DNA of 64,000 bases from the NCBI RefSeq assembly GCF_003019035.1, contig NZ_CP027447.1. One strand, written 5' to 3'. The notes under the pieces were generated by a model. That model was not told the origin of the DNA. It made no database searches and worked only from the letters and a program-made list of their open reading frames with translations. Origin of the DNA: Escherichia coli. GTDB lineage: Bacteria; Pseudomonadota; Gammaproteobacteria; Enterobacterales; Enterobacteriaceae. The translations under genes were made by a program, and so were the position numbers. This document shows, piece by piece, positions 45,264 to 60,026 of this stretch (its first letter is position 1; each line of letters starts with the position of its first letter).

Positions 45264-47276
45264 ATGGCTATGTCAGACGAGGCGATGTTTGCCCCGCCGC
45301 AAGGAATAACAATTGAAGCGGTAAACGGAATGCTCGCGGAGCGGTTAGCACAGAAACACGGCAAGGCGTCTTTATTACGCGCCTTCATCCCGCTGCCGCC
45401 GCCGTTCAGCCCGGTACAACTTATTGAACTGCATGTTCTCAAAAGCAACTTCTATTACCGCTACCATGATGATGGCAGCGATGTGACGGCAACAACAGAG
45501 TATCAGGGTGAGATGGTCGATTATTCGCGCCACGCCGTCCTTCTCGGCAGTAGTGGAATGGCGGAGCTACGCTTTATTCGCACCCACGGCAGTCGTTTTA
45601 CTCCCCAGGATTGCACACTGTTTAACTGGCTGGCACACATAATCACTCCGGTTCTGCAATCATGGCTCAATGATGAAGAACAGCAGGTGGCGCTGCGTTT
45701 GCTGGAGAAAGATCGCGATCATCATCGGGTACTGGTGGATATCACTAATGCAGTGTTGTCACATCTTGATCTCGACGATCTGATCGCTGACGTCGCTCGT
45801 GAGATCCATCATTTTTTCGGTCTGGCTTCAGTCAGTATGGTACTGGGCGATCATCGAAAGAACGAGAAGTTCAGCCTGTGGTGCAGCGATCTTTCTGCCT
45901 CACATTGTGCGTGTCTGCCACGCAATATGGCTGGCGACAGTGTATTGCTGACACAAACGCTACAAACCCGACAACCGACCTTGACGCACCGTGCAGACGA
46001 TCTGTTTCTCTGGCAACGCGACCCGTTATTACACTTACTTGCATCTAACGGCTGCGAATCTGCGCTCCTTATACCGCTCACCTTTGGCAACCATACACCG
46101 GGTGCATTGTTGCTGGCGCATACCTCTTCCACTCTCTTTAGTGAGGAAAACTGCCAGCTACTACAACATATTGCCGATCGCATCGCTATTGCCGTTGGCA
46201 ATGCCGATGCCTGGCGCAGCATGACCGATTTGCAGGAAAGCTTGCAGCAAGAAAACCACCAGCTTAGCGAGCAGCTCCTTTCGAATCTGGGCGTCGGTGA
46301 CATTATCTATCAAAGCCAGGCAATGGAAGACCTGCTCCAGCAGGTAGATATTGTGGCGAAGAGCGACAGTACGGTGTTGATTTGTGGTGAAACCGGAACC
46401 GGCAAAGAGGTGATCGCCAGAGCGATCCATCAACTTAGCCCACGACGCGACAAGCCACTGGTCAAAATCAACTGCGCTGCCATCCCCGCCAGTCTTCTGG
46501 AAAGTGAGTTATTCGGTCATGACAAAGGGGCATTTACTGGTGCGATTAATACCCATCGTGGTCGTTTTGAAATTGCCGATGGCGGCACGTTGTTTCTCGA
46601 TGAAATTGGCGATCTGCCGTTAGAACTTCAGCCTAAACTGCTGCGCGTATTGCAGGAACGGGAGATTGAGCGTCTCGGCGGGAGTAGAACGATCCCGGTA
46701 AATGTCAGAGTCATTGCCGCCACCAACCGTGATTTGTGGCAAATGGTTGAAGATCGCCAGTTTCGCAGCGATCTCTTTTATCGCCTGAATGTCTTCCCAC
46801 TGGAACTGCCGCCACTGCGCGACCGTCCGGAAGATATCCCTCTTTTAGCAAAGCATTTCACGCAAAAAATGGCGCGCCATATGAATCGCGCAATTGACGC
46901 CATCCCGACCGAGGCGCTACGCCAGTTGATGTCGTGGGACTGGCCGGGCAACGTGCGCGAGCTGGAAAACGTGATTGAGCGAGCGGTACTACTGACTCGC
47001 GGTAACAGTCTGAATTTACATCTTAATGTCCGACAAAGCCGTTTACTGCCGACGCTAAATGAAGATTCAGCACTTCGCAGTTCAATGGCGCAGTTGCTGC
47101 ACCCGACGACGCCAGAGAATGACGAAGAAGAACGTCAGCGCATTGTTCAGGTATTGCGAGAAACCAATGGCATTGTTGCCGGGCCCCGTGGCGCGGCGAC
47201 GCGATTAGGGATGAAGCGCACCACGCTGCTGTCACGAATGCAGCGTCTGGGGATCTCGGTTCGCGAGGTGTTGTAA
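45264..47276 (+). CDS. hyfR: Sigma-54-dependent transcriptional activator HyfR (formate-sensing, FhlA-like)
   Basis: 670 aa from MAMSDEAMF; AAA+ sigma-54 interaction domain ([14 protein letters not shown]) and C-terminal HTH. Confidence 0.93.
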   Translation: MAMSDEAMFAPPQGITIEAVNGMLAERLAQKHGKASLLRAFIPLPPPFSPVQLIELHVLKSNFYYRYHDDGSDVTATTEYQGEMVDYSRHAVLLGSSGMAELRFIRTHGSRFTPQDCTLFNWLAHIITPVLQSWLNDEEQQVALRLLEKDRDHHRVLVDITNAVLSHLDLDDLIADVAREIHHFFGLASVSMVLGDHRKNEKFSLWCSDLSASHCACLPRNMAGDSVLLTQTLQTRQPTLTHRADDLFLWQRDPLLHLLASNGCESALLIPLTFGNHTPGALLLAHTSSTLFSEENCQLLQHIADRIAIAVGNADAWRSMTDLQESLQQENHQLSEQLLSNLGVGDIIYQSQAMEDLLQQVDIVAKSDSTVLICGETGTGKEVIARAIHQLSPRRDKPLVKINCAAIPASLLESELFGHDKGAFTGAINTHRGRFEIADGGTLFLDEIGDLPLELQPKLLRVLQEREIERLGGSRTIPVNVRVIAATNRDLWQMVEDRQFRSDLFYRLNVFPLELPPLRDRPEDIPLLAKHFTQKMARHMNRAIDAIPTEALRQLMSWDWPGNVRELENVIERAVLLTRGNSLNLHLNVRQSRLLPTLNEDSALRSSMAQLLHPTTPENDEEERQRIVQVLRETNGIVAGPRGAATRLGMKRTTLLSRMQRLGISVREVL

Positions 47277-47297
47277 TCTGCTTTTGCAGGAGTATTC

Positions 47298-48146
47298 ATG
47301 AGAAACAAACTCTCTTTCGACTTGCAGTTGAGCGCCAGAAAAGCGGCAATCGCTGAACGGATTGCCGCCCATAAAATTGCCCGCAGCAAAGTGTCGGTCT
47401 TTTTAATGGCGATGTCCGCAGGCGTGTTTATGGCGATCGGATTTACTTTTTACCTTACCGTTATCGCCGATGCCCCGTCTTCACAGGCATTAACCCATCT
47501 GGTGGGAGGCCTTTGCTTTACGCTCGGCTTTATTTTGCTGGCGGTTTGCGGCACCAGCCTGTTCACCTCGTCGGTAATGACGGTGATGGCAAAAAGTCGG
47601 GGCGTTATTAGCTGGCGAACATGGCTGATTAATGCACTTCTGGTGGCCTGCGGTAATCTGGCAGGTATTGCCTGTTTCAGTTTGTTAATTTGGTTTTCCG
47701 GGCTGGTGATGAGTGAAAACGCGATGTGGGGAGTCGCGGTTTTACACTGCGCCGAGGGCAAAATGCATCATACATTTACTGAATCAGTCAGCCTCGGCAT
47801 TATGTGCAATCTGATGGTTTGTCTGGCGCTGTGGATGAGTTATTGCGGACGTTCGTTATGCGACAAAATCGTCGCCATGATTTTGCCCATCACCCTGTTT
47901 GTCGCCAGTGGTTTTGAGCACTGTATCGCCAATTTGTTTGTGATTCCGTTCGCCATTGCCATTCGCCATTTCGCCCCTACCTCCTTCTGGCAACTGGCGC
48001 ACAGTAGCGCAGACCATTTTCCGGCACTGACGGTCAGCCATTTTATTACCGCCAATCTGCTCCCGGTGATGCTGGGTAATATTATCGGCGGTGCAGTGCT
48101 GGTGAGTATTTGTTATCGGGCTATTTATTTACGTCAGGAACCCTAA
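47298..48146 (+). CDS. focB: Formate channel FocB (FNT family)
   Basis: 282-aa membrane ORF, formate/nitrite transporter family; downstream of hyfR. Confidence 0.92.
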   Translation: MRNKLSFDLQLSARKAAIAERIAAHKIARSKVSVFLMAMSAGVFMAIGFTFYLTVIADAPSSQALTHLVGGLCFTLGFILLAVCGTSLFTSSVMTVMAKSRGVISWRTWLINALLVACGNLAGIACFSLLIWFSGLVMSENAMWGVAVLHCAEGKMHHTFTESVSLGIMCNLMVCLALWMSYCGRSLCDKIVAMILPITLFVASGFEHCIANLFVIPFAIAIRHFAPTSFWQLAHSSADHFPALTVSHFITANLLPVMLGNIIGGAVLVSICYRAIYLRQEP

Positions 48147-48183
48147 AAAATCAGCCCGGCGAAACAGTTCGTCGGGCTGAAGA

Positions 48184-49245
48184 TTATTCTTGCGCTATTT
48201 GCCCATCGGGCCAGGCGTGAATCACGGCTTTGATCAGCGTCGCCAACGGAATGGCGAAGAATACGCCCCAGAATCCCCACAAACCACCGAAGATCACTAC
48301 TGATAAAATAATGACCAGCGGATGCAGGTTAACCGCTTCGGAGAACAACACCGGCACTAGCAGGTTGCCGTCCAGCGCCTGAATAATCAGATACACCGCG
48401 AAGCAGCTCCAGAATTCCGTGCCAGCACCAAACTGGAATAGCGCCACGCCAATCACCGGAATGGTCACCACAAATGCGCCAATGTACGGAATAAGAACCG
48501 AGAAGCCGACCAGCACCGCCAGCAGCAGCGAATAGTTCAGCCCGAAGAGTAAGAACCCCAGCCAGGTGGCGATCCCCACCACGATCATCTCCAGCACTTT
48601 GCCGCGGATATAGTTGGTGATTTGTTGATTCATCTCCTTCCACACCTGTCCTGCCAGCCCACGGTTACGCGGCAGCACCCGACGAACGGCGTTCAGCATC
48701 TGCTCTTTGTCTTTCAGCAGGAAGAAGACCATCAATGGTACCAGCACCAGATAGACGGCTATGGTCAGCAAACCGACCAGCGAGGCGAGGGAAATTTTCA
48801 CCACCGAATCGCCCATGGTCAGCATCCGACTGCGCATATTTTCGGCCATTGCATCAATAATGCCCGCGTCCATTAACGCCGGATAGCGGCGCGGCAACGT
48901 GGCGGCAAAGTCAGAAAGCTTATTGAGCATCCCCGGCATATCGCGGATTAAGTAGATGCCCTGTTGCCAGGCGATAGGCAGTACCACGAACGCCATCAGT
49001 AGCAATATACCGACGAAAACCACCAATACAATCGACGTCGCCCAGCGGCGGGAGCAGCCAATAGATTGCAGGCGCACGGTTGGCCATTCCAGCAAATAGG
49101 CCAGCACAATAGCCACCAGCAACGGAGCAAGCAGGCCACTAAAGAAAAAGATAATGCCAAATCCGGCAACTAAAATAACCAGCAAGGCAATCGCTTCCGG
49201 GTCGCTAAAACGGCGGCGATACCATTGCATCAACATTTCGAGCAT
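48184..49245 (-). CDS. perM: AI-2E family inner membrane permease PerM (YfgO)
   Basis: 353-aa polytopic membrane ORF. Confidence 0.88.
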   Translation of the reverse strand: MLEMLMQWYRRRFSDPEAIALLVILVAGFGIIFFFSGLLAPLLVAIVLAYLLEWPTVRLQSIGCSRRWATSIVLVVFVGILLLMAFVVLPIAWQQGIYLIRDMPGMLNKLSDFAATLPRRYPALMDAGIIDAMAENMRSRMLTMGDSVVKISLASLVGLLTIAVYLVLVPLMVFFLLKDKEQMLNAVRRVLPRNRGLAGQVWKEMNQQITNYIRGKVLEMIVVGIATWLGFLLFGLNYSLLLAVLVGFSVLIPYIGAFVVTIPVIGVALFQFGAGTEFWSCFAVYLIIQALDGNLLVPVLFSEAVNLHPLVIILSVVIFGGLWGFWGVFFAIPLATLIKAVIHAWPDGQIAQE

Positions 49246-49457
49246 AAAGACCTTCCCTGAACCTCAAGAGCGGGATTGCGATCCGCAATTGTATCGAAAT
49301 GTCACAAAAAAGACTTCGCTTTTTATGACGGATTCAGGAAACTGAAAAGTCATTTGAGTGGGCTAATCTTCGCCGTTACACTCAAAGGCGGCGCGGTGGG
49401 AACGATATTTCACAGTATCGGTCAAATGACTATCTTCAGAAATACAGGATAGAGGTT

Positions 49458-50921
49458 ATGTTCAGGCAGTTGAAAAAAAACCTGGTTGCAACCCTCATTG
49501 CTGCTATGACCATTGGTCAGGTAGCCCCGGCGTTTGCCGACAGCGCAGACACCTTGCCGGATATGGGAACCTCCGCAGGAAGCACGCTTTCCATTGGCCA
49601 GGAAATGCAGATGGGCGACTATTATGTCCGCCAGCTACGCGGCAGCGCGCCGTTAATTAATGACCCGCTGTTAACGCAATATATTAATTCGCTGGGGATG
49701 CGTCTGGTTTCGCATGCCAATTCGGTTAAGACACCGTTTCATTTCTTTCTGATCAACAACGACGAAATTAACGCCTTTGCTTTCTTTGGCGGCAACGTGG
49801 TGCTGCACTCTGCCCTGTTCCGTTATTCCGATAACGAAAGTCAACTGGCTTCAGTTATGGCGCACGAAATCTCCCACGTCACCCAACGTCACCTGGCGCG
49901 AGCGATGGAAGATCAGCAGCGCAGCGCGCCGCTGACCTGGGTCGGCGCGTTAGGTTCTATTTTACTGGCGATGGCCAGTCCGCAGGCGGGGATGGCGGCG
50001 CTGACCGGTACACTGGCGGGAACGCGCCAGGGGATGATCAGTTTCACCCAGCAAAATGAACAGGAAGCGGACCGCATTGGTATTCAGGTGCTGCAACGCT
50101 CGGGATTCGATCCGCAGGCGATGCCGACCTTCCTCGAAAAATTACTCGATCAGGCGCGTTACTCCTCGCGCCCACCAGAAATTCTGCTCACTCACCCACT
50201 ACCGGAAAGCCGTCTGGCTGATGCCCGTAACCGTGCCAATCAGATGCGCCCGATGGTGGTGCAATCGTCAGAAGATTTCTATCTGGCAAAAGTGCGCACA
50301 CTGGGGATGTATAATTCCGGACGTAACCAGCTCACCAGTGATTTGCTGGATGAATGGGCGAAAGGAAACGTTCGTCAGCAACGAGCGGCGCAATATGGTC
50401 GTGCTCTACAGGCGATGGAAGCCAATAAATACGATGAGGCGCGTAAAACGCTGCAACCGTTACTGGCGGCAGAACCTGGTAACGCATGGTATCTCGATCT
50501 GGCTACCGATATCGATCTTGGGCAAAACAAAGCCAATGAGGCAATCAATCGCCTGAAAAATGCCCGTGATTTGCGCACCAATCCGGTGTTGCAGCTCAAC
50601 CTGGCGAACGCTTATCTGCAAGGCGGTCAACCACAAGAAGCGGCCAATATTCTGAATCGCTACACTTTTAATAATAAAGATGACAGCAACGGCTGGGATT
50701 TACTGGCACAGGCGGAAGCCGCGCTAAATAACCGCGATCAGGAACTGGCTGCGCGAGCAGAAGGTTATGCGCTCGCCGGGCGACTCGATCAGGCCATTTC
50801 CTTGTTGAGTAGCGCCAGTTCGCAGGTGAAATTAGGCAGCCTGCAACAAGCGCGTTACGATGCGCGCATCGACCAGTTGCGCCAGCTGCAGGAACGCTTT
50901 AAGCCTTATACCAAGATGTAA
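49458..50921 (+). CDS. bepA: Beta-barrel assembly-enhancing protease BepA (M48 metalloprotease with TPR)
   Basis: 487-aa ORF with signal peptide and HEISH zinc motif. Confidence 0.93.
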   Translation: MFRQLKKNLVATLIAAMTIGQVAPAFADSADTLPDMGTSAGSTLSIGQEMQMGDYYVRQLRGSAPLINDPLLTQYINSLGMRLVSHANSVKTPFHFFLINNDEINAFAFFGGNVVLHSALFRYSDNESQLASVMAHEISHVTQRHLARAMEDQQRSAPLTWVGALGSILLAMASPQAGMAALTGTLAGTRQGMISFTQQNEQEADRIGIQVLQRSGFDPQAMPTFLEKLLDQARYSSRPPEILLTHPLPESRLADARNRANQMRPMVVQSSEDFYLAKVRTLGMYNSGRNQLTSDLLDEWAKGNVRQQRAAQYGRALQAMEANKYDEARKTLQPLLAAEPGNAWYLDLATDIDLGQNKANEAINRLKNARDLRTNPVLQLNLANAYLQGGQPQEAANILNRYTFNNKDDSNGWDLLAQAEAALNNRDQELAARAEGYALAGRLDQAISLLSSASSQVKLGSLQQARYDARIDQLRQLQERFKPYTKM

Positions 50922-50941
50922 TTCGCATTAAAGGAAGAACA

Positions 50942-51301
50942 ATGACCAAACAGGTAAAAATCTACCATAACCCACGCTGTTCAAAGAGCCGGGAAACGCT
51001 GAACCTGCTGAAAGAAAACGGCGTGGAGCCAGAAGTGGTGCTCTACCTTCAGACACCCGCCGATGCGGCAACGCTGCGTGATTTGCTGAAAATGCTGGGA
51101 ATGAATAGCGCTCGTGAATTGATGCGCCAGAAAGAGGATCTTTATAAAGAACTGAACCTGGCTGACAGTTCGCTTAGCGAAGGGGCGCTGATTCAGGCAA
51201 TGGTGGATAATCCAAAGCTAATGGAGCGCCCGATTGTGGTCGCGAATGGCAAAGCGCGGATTGGTCGTCCACCGGAGCAGGTACTGGAAATCGTGGGTTA
51301 A
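50942..51301 (+). CDS. yfgD: ArsC-family protein YfgD
   Basis: 119-aa ORF MTKQVKIYHNPRCSKSRETL (ArsC/Spx fold). Confidence 0.9.
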   Translation: MTKQVKIYHNPRCSKSRETLNLLKENGVEPEVVLYLQTPADAATLRDLLKMLGMNSARELMRQKEDLYKELNLADSSLSEGALIQAMVDNPKLMERPIVVANGKARIGRPPEQVLEIVG

Positions 51302-51330
51302 GAAGTGCTCCATCGCTAGTTGAAGCACAT

Positions 51331-51365
51331 TGCCGGATGCGACGCTTGCCGCGTCTTATCCGGCC
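51331..51365. repeat. REP palindromic repeat
   Basis: TGCCGGATGCGACGCTTGCCGCGTCTTATCCGGCC between convergent yfgD and hda. Confidence 0.8.
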
Positions 51366-51406
51366 GACGAATACTATGGGTGCATTTCCGACAATAAACG
51401 TCTTGT

Positions 51407-52108
51407 CTACAACTTCAGAATTTCTTTCACAAACGGAATGGTCAGCTTACGTTGCGCGGTAATCGACGCACGATCCAACTGATCCAGCGTCATAAATAAC
51501 GTGCGCATTTCTCTGTCGAGCCGCTTCAGCAAGAAACGCCCCACATCTTCCGGCAGTTCAAAACCACGCAAACGAGCGCGTAACTGTAGCGCCTGCAACT
51601 TATCTTCATCAGAAAGTGGCTGCAATTTGTAGATCTGCCCCCAGTCGAGACGCGACGCGAGATCCGGTAATCCCAGATTCAACTGCCGCGGTGGACGATC
51701 GCCGGTGATCAACAACCGTGTTTTACCCGATTCCAGAATTCGATTGTAGAGATCGAAAATCGCCATCTCCCACAACTCATCGCCTGCAATACACTCAATG
51801 TTGTCGATACAGACCAGCGACAAATGCTCCATACCGTCGAGCACTTCCGGAACAAACCAGGTGCGTTTATCCAGCGGGACATAACCCACCGCATCGCCAC
51901 GCTGTGACAATTCCGCGCAAGCCGCGTGCAGCAGATGGCTGCGCCCCGCGCCTTCGCGTGCCCAGAGATAGATGTAACCGCTATGTTCCTGACGCAGCAC
52001 GTTTTGCAGCGCGGCCAGTAAAGAGGAGTTATCCCCCGGCCAGAAACTTGCAAAGGTTTCGTCGTCAGGAAGATAAAGTGGCAAAGAGAGCTGTGCCGGT
52101 GTGTTCAG
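51407..52108 (-). CDS. hda: DnaA-inactivating (RIDA) protein Hda
   Basis: AAA+ DnaA-like ORF; coordinates give the 233-aa form from a CUG codon (LNTPAQ...), as recalled for K-12; the ORF track extends to 52153 (248 aa). Confidence 0.85.
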
Positions 52109-52202
52109 AGATACCTCAACCAGGATTTCACAAAATCGCGAGAAGTTTACCACAGAATCCCATGATGTTTGAACCGGGCAGCAACACTGCCCGGTCGGTA
52201 CA

Positions 52203-53492
52203 TTATTTGTCTGTTATATCCGCGTCTTCTGCGTCCAGCACCACTTCTTCAGGGCGCAGCATACTAATCAGTTTGAAGATCAAACTTAAGCCGATACCGA
52301 CGATGGTCGCCAGCGCCATACCTTTCAGCTCCGCCGCGCCAATGTTTACCTTCGCGCCACTGACGCCGATGATCAAAATAACGGAAGTCAGGATCAGGTT
52401 CTGTGCTTTGTTGTAATCCACTTTCGATTCGATCAACACACGAATACCGGAAGCACCGATGACACCGTAAAGCAGCAGCGAAACGCCGCCCATCACCGGC
52501 AATGGAATCATCTGGATAGCAGCAGCCAGTTTACCGACGCAGGAAAGCAGGATAGCGAAAATCGCCGCCCCGCCGATAACCCAGGTACTGTAAACACGGG
52601 TGATCGCCATCACGCCAATGTTTTCTCCGTAAGTGGTGTTTGGCGTGGAGCCAAAGAAGCCGGAGATCACGGTCGACAAGCCGTTAGCAAACATCGAACG
52701 GTGCAGACCTGGATCGCGCAGCAGATCTTTTTTGACGATATTAGCCGTTACCACCAGGTGCCCTACGTGTTCGGCAATAACCACTAACGCCGCTGGCAGA
52801 ATAGTCAGAATGGCAAACCACTCGAAGCGCGGCGTATAGAGAGTTGGCAGCGCAAACCAGTGAGCATTAATAATCGGCGTGGTATCGACAATTCCCATTG
52901 CGAAAGAGAGCGCGTAGCCCACCAGCACGCCAATTAAAATCGGGATAATTGCCAGGAAACCACGAAACAGCACGGAACCTAAAACCGTGACCGCCAGGGT
53001 GGTAATAGAGATGATGATGGTTTTGGAGTCTGGCGTTTGCCCTTCAGCCGGGAGTAAACCTGCCATACCGGCAGCTACGCCCGCCAGCTCCAGACCGATG
53101 ACGGCAACGATTGCGCCCATTGCCGCAGGTGGAAACAGCACGTCCAGCCAGCCGGTCCCCGCTTTCTTCACGATAAAAGAAACCAGGCAGAACAGCACGC
53201 CGCACATAATAAAGCCGCCCAGCGCGACTTCATACCCTAACGGCAACAGTAACAATACCGGTGAAATAAAGGCAAAGCTGGAACCAAGATAAGCCGGGAT
53301 TTTCCCTTTACAGATGAAGAGATACAGCAGCGTTCCTATACCGTTAAATAACAGTACAGTCGCCGGGTTAATATGAAATAAGACGGGCACCAGGACGGTT
53401 GCACCAAACATAGCGAACAAATGTTGCAAACTAAGCGGGATTGTCTGTAAAAGTGGCGGTCTTTCACTCACCCCGATAGCACGGCGCGTCAT
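52203..53492 (-). CDS. uraA: Uracil:proton symporter UraA
   Basis: 429 aa from [16 protein letters not shown]; NCS2 family. Confidence 0.94.
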   Translation of the reverse strand: MTRRAIGVSERPPLLQTIPLSLQHLFAMFGATVLVPVLFHINPATVLLFNGIGTLLYLFICKGKIPAYLGSSFAFISPVLLLLPLGYEVALGGFIMCGVLFCLVSFIVKKAGTGWLDVLFPPAAMGAIVAVIGLELAGVAAGMAGLLPAEGQTPDSKTIIISITTLAVTVLGSVLFRGFLAIIPILIGVLVGYALSFAMGIVDTTPIINAHWFALPTLYTPRFEWFAILTILPAALVVIAEHVGHLVVTANIVKKDLLRDPGLHRSMFANGLSTVISGFFGSTPNTTYGENIGVMAITRVYSTWVIGGAAIFAILLSCVGKLAAAIQMIPLPVMGGVSLLLYGVIGASGIRVLIESKVDYNKAQNLILTSVILIIGVSGAKVNIGAAELKGMALATIVGIGLSLIFKLISMLRPEEVVLDAEDADITDK

Positions 53493-53532
53493 AGTATTAT
53501 CCTCTGTATTATGTGTTATAGGCGCTTTACTC

Positions 53533-53560
53533 AAAAAAAAGCCGACTCTTAAAGTCGGCT
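53533..53560 (-). terminator. Intercistronic hairpin with U-tract between upp and uraA (terminator/attenuator-like)
   Basis: Minus strand reads AGCCGACTTTAAGAGTCGGC followed by TTTTTTTT; lies between the upp stop and the uraA start. Confidence 0.55.
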
Positions 53561-53577
53561 TTAATTATTTTTATTCT

Positions 53578-54204
53578 TTATTTCGTACCAAAGATTTTGT
53601 CACCGGCATCGCCGAGGCCCGGAATAATGTATCCGTGCTCGTTCAGTCCCTGGTCAATCGATGCAGTATACAGTTCGACGTCCGGGTGCGCTTTTTCCAG
53701 CGCAGCGATACCTTCTGGCGCAGCTACCAGCACCAGAACTTTGATGCTGCTGCAGCCCGCTTTTTTCAGCAGGTCGATGGTCGCGATAACGGAACCACCG
53801 GTTGCCAGCATTGGGTCAACGATCAGCGCCATACGCTCATCGATGTTAGAAACCAGTTTCTGGAAGTACGGTACCGGCTCCAGCGTTTCTTCATTACGGT
53901 ACATACCGACGACGCTGATACGCGCGCTCGGAACGTTTTCCAGCACACCGTCCATCATCCCAAGACCCGCACGCAGAATTGGCACAACGGTAATTTTCTT
54001 ACCTTTGATCTGATCGATTTCTACCGGGCCGTTCCAGCCTTCGATAGTGACTTTTTCCGTTTCGAGGTCGGCGGTCGCTTCGTAAGTCAGCAGGCTACCC
54101 ACTTCGGAAGCGAGTTCGCGAAAGCGCTTGGTGCTGATATCTTGCTCACGCATCAGTCCCAGCTTGTGTTTGACGAGTGGGTGTTTGACTTCCACGATCT
54201 TCAT
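53578..54204 (-). CDS. upp: Uracil phosphoribosyltransferase Upp
   Basis: 208 aa from [20 protein letters not shown]. Confidence 0.95.
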
Positions 54205-54230
54205 ACTCTTTCTCCTTTGAGGGGCAGCCA

Positions 54231-54290
54231 CAAAAAAAATCGACGGATTATACCTCCTTTCTTCAAGGCGGCAATATTATTTTCGTTGAC
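54231..54290 (-). promoter_or_regulatory. upp promoter with T8 initially transcribed tract (UTP-sensitive reiterative transcription)
   Basis: Minus strand reads TATAAT-CCGTC-GATTTTTTTTG; perfect -10 hexamer at 54247-54252 and the GATTTTTTTTG start region described for upp. Confidence 0.7.
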
Positions 54291-54449
54291 TTTAGTCAAA
54301 ATGATAACGGTTTGAGATAAAGTTATTTTGTATTCAAATGGTTATGGAAGAAGATTATTCCATCCGAAAACGATCCTTTGCCCTGGTACAAGTATTCTTT
54401 TGCCGCGCGCCTGGGGAAAAGACGTGCAAAAAGGTTGTGTAAAGCAGTC

Positions 54450-54465
54450 TCGCAAACGTTTGCTT
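54450..54465 (+). promoter_or_regulatory. PurR operator in purMN promoter
   Basis: TCGCAAACGTTTGCTT matches the PurR box consensus; about 65 bp upstream of the purM start. Confidence 0.7.
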
Positions 54466-54510
54466 TCCCTGTTAGAATTGCGCCGAATTTTATTTTTCTA
54501 CCGCAAGTAA

Positions 54511-55565
<1,055 letters not shown>

Positions 55566-55566
<1 letters not shown>

Positions 55567-56204
55567 TGAATATTGTGGTGCTTATTTCCGGCAACGGAAG
55601 TAATTTGCAGGCAATTATTGACGCCTGCAAAACCAATAAAATTAAAGGCACCGTACGGGCAGTTTTCAGCAATAAGGCCGACGCGTTCGGCCTTGAACGC
55701 GCCCGCCAGGCGGGTATTGCAACGCATACGCTCATCGCCAGCGCGTTTGACAGTCGTGAAGCCTATGACCGGGAGTTGATTCATGAAATCGACATGTACG
55801 CACCCGATGTGGTCGTGCTGGCTGGTTTTATGCGCATTCTCAGCCCGGCGTTTGTCTCCCACTATGCCGGGCGTTTGCTGAACATTCACCCTTCTCTGCT
55901 GCCGAAATATCCCGGATTACACACCCATCGTCAGGCGCTGGAAAATGGCGATGAGGAGCACGGTACATCGGTGCATTTCGTCACCGATGAACTGGACGGT
56001 GGCCCGGTTATTTTACAGGCGAAAGTCCCGGTATTTGCTGGTGATACGGAAGATGACATCACCGCCCGCGTGCAAACCCAGGAACACGCTATTTATCCAC
56101 TGGTGATTAGCTGGTTTGCCGATGGTCGTCTGAAAATGCACGAAAACGCCGCGTGGCTGGATGGTCAACGTCTGCCGCCGCAGGGCTACGCTGCCGACGA
56201 GTAA
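55566..56204 (+). CDS. purN: Phosphoribosylglycinamide formyltransferase PurN
   Basis: 212-aa ORF MNIVVLISGNGSNLQAI. Confidence 0.95.
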
Positions 56205-56217
56205 TGCCCCCGTAGTT

Positions 56218-56246
56218 AAAGCGCCAGCTCTGCCGCTGGCGTTTTT
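56218..56246 (+). terminator. Rho-independent terminator after purN
   Basis: Hairpin CGCCAGC-loop-GCTGGCG followed by TTTTT. Confidence 0.7.
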
Positions 56247-56375
56247 CAATTCACCTGTAAATCGCAAGCTCCAGCAGTTTTTTTCCCCCTTTTCTGGCAT
56301 AGTTGGACATCTGCCAATATTGCTCGCCATAATATCCAGGCAGTGTCCCGTGAATAAAACGGAGTAAAAGTGGTA

Positions 56376-59988
<3,613 letters not shown>

Positions 59989-59994
59989 TGCTTT

Positions 59995-60021
59995 GCGGGC
60001 CGACGAGAAATGTCGGCCCGC
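59995..60021. terminator. Bidirectional hairpin terminator between convergent ppx and pdeF
   Basis: Perfect 10-bp stem GCGGGCCGAC / GTCGGCCCGC with 7-nt loop. Confidence 0.6.
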
Positions 60022-60026
60022 ATTAT

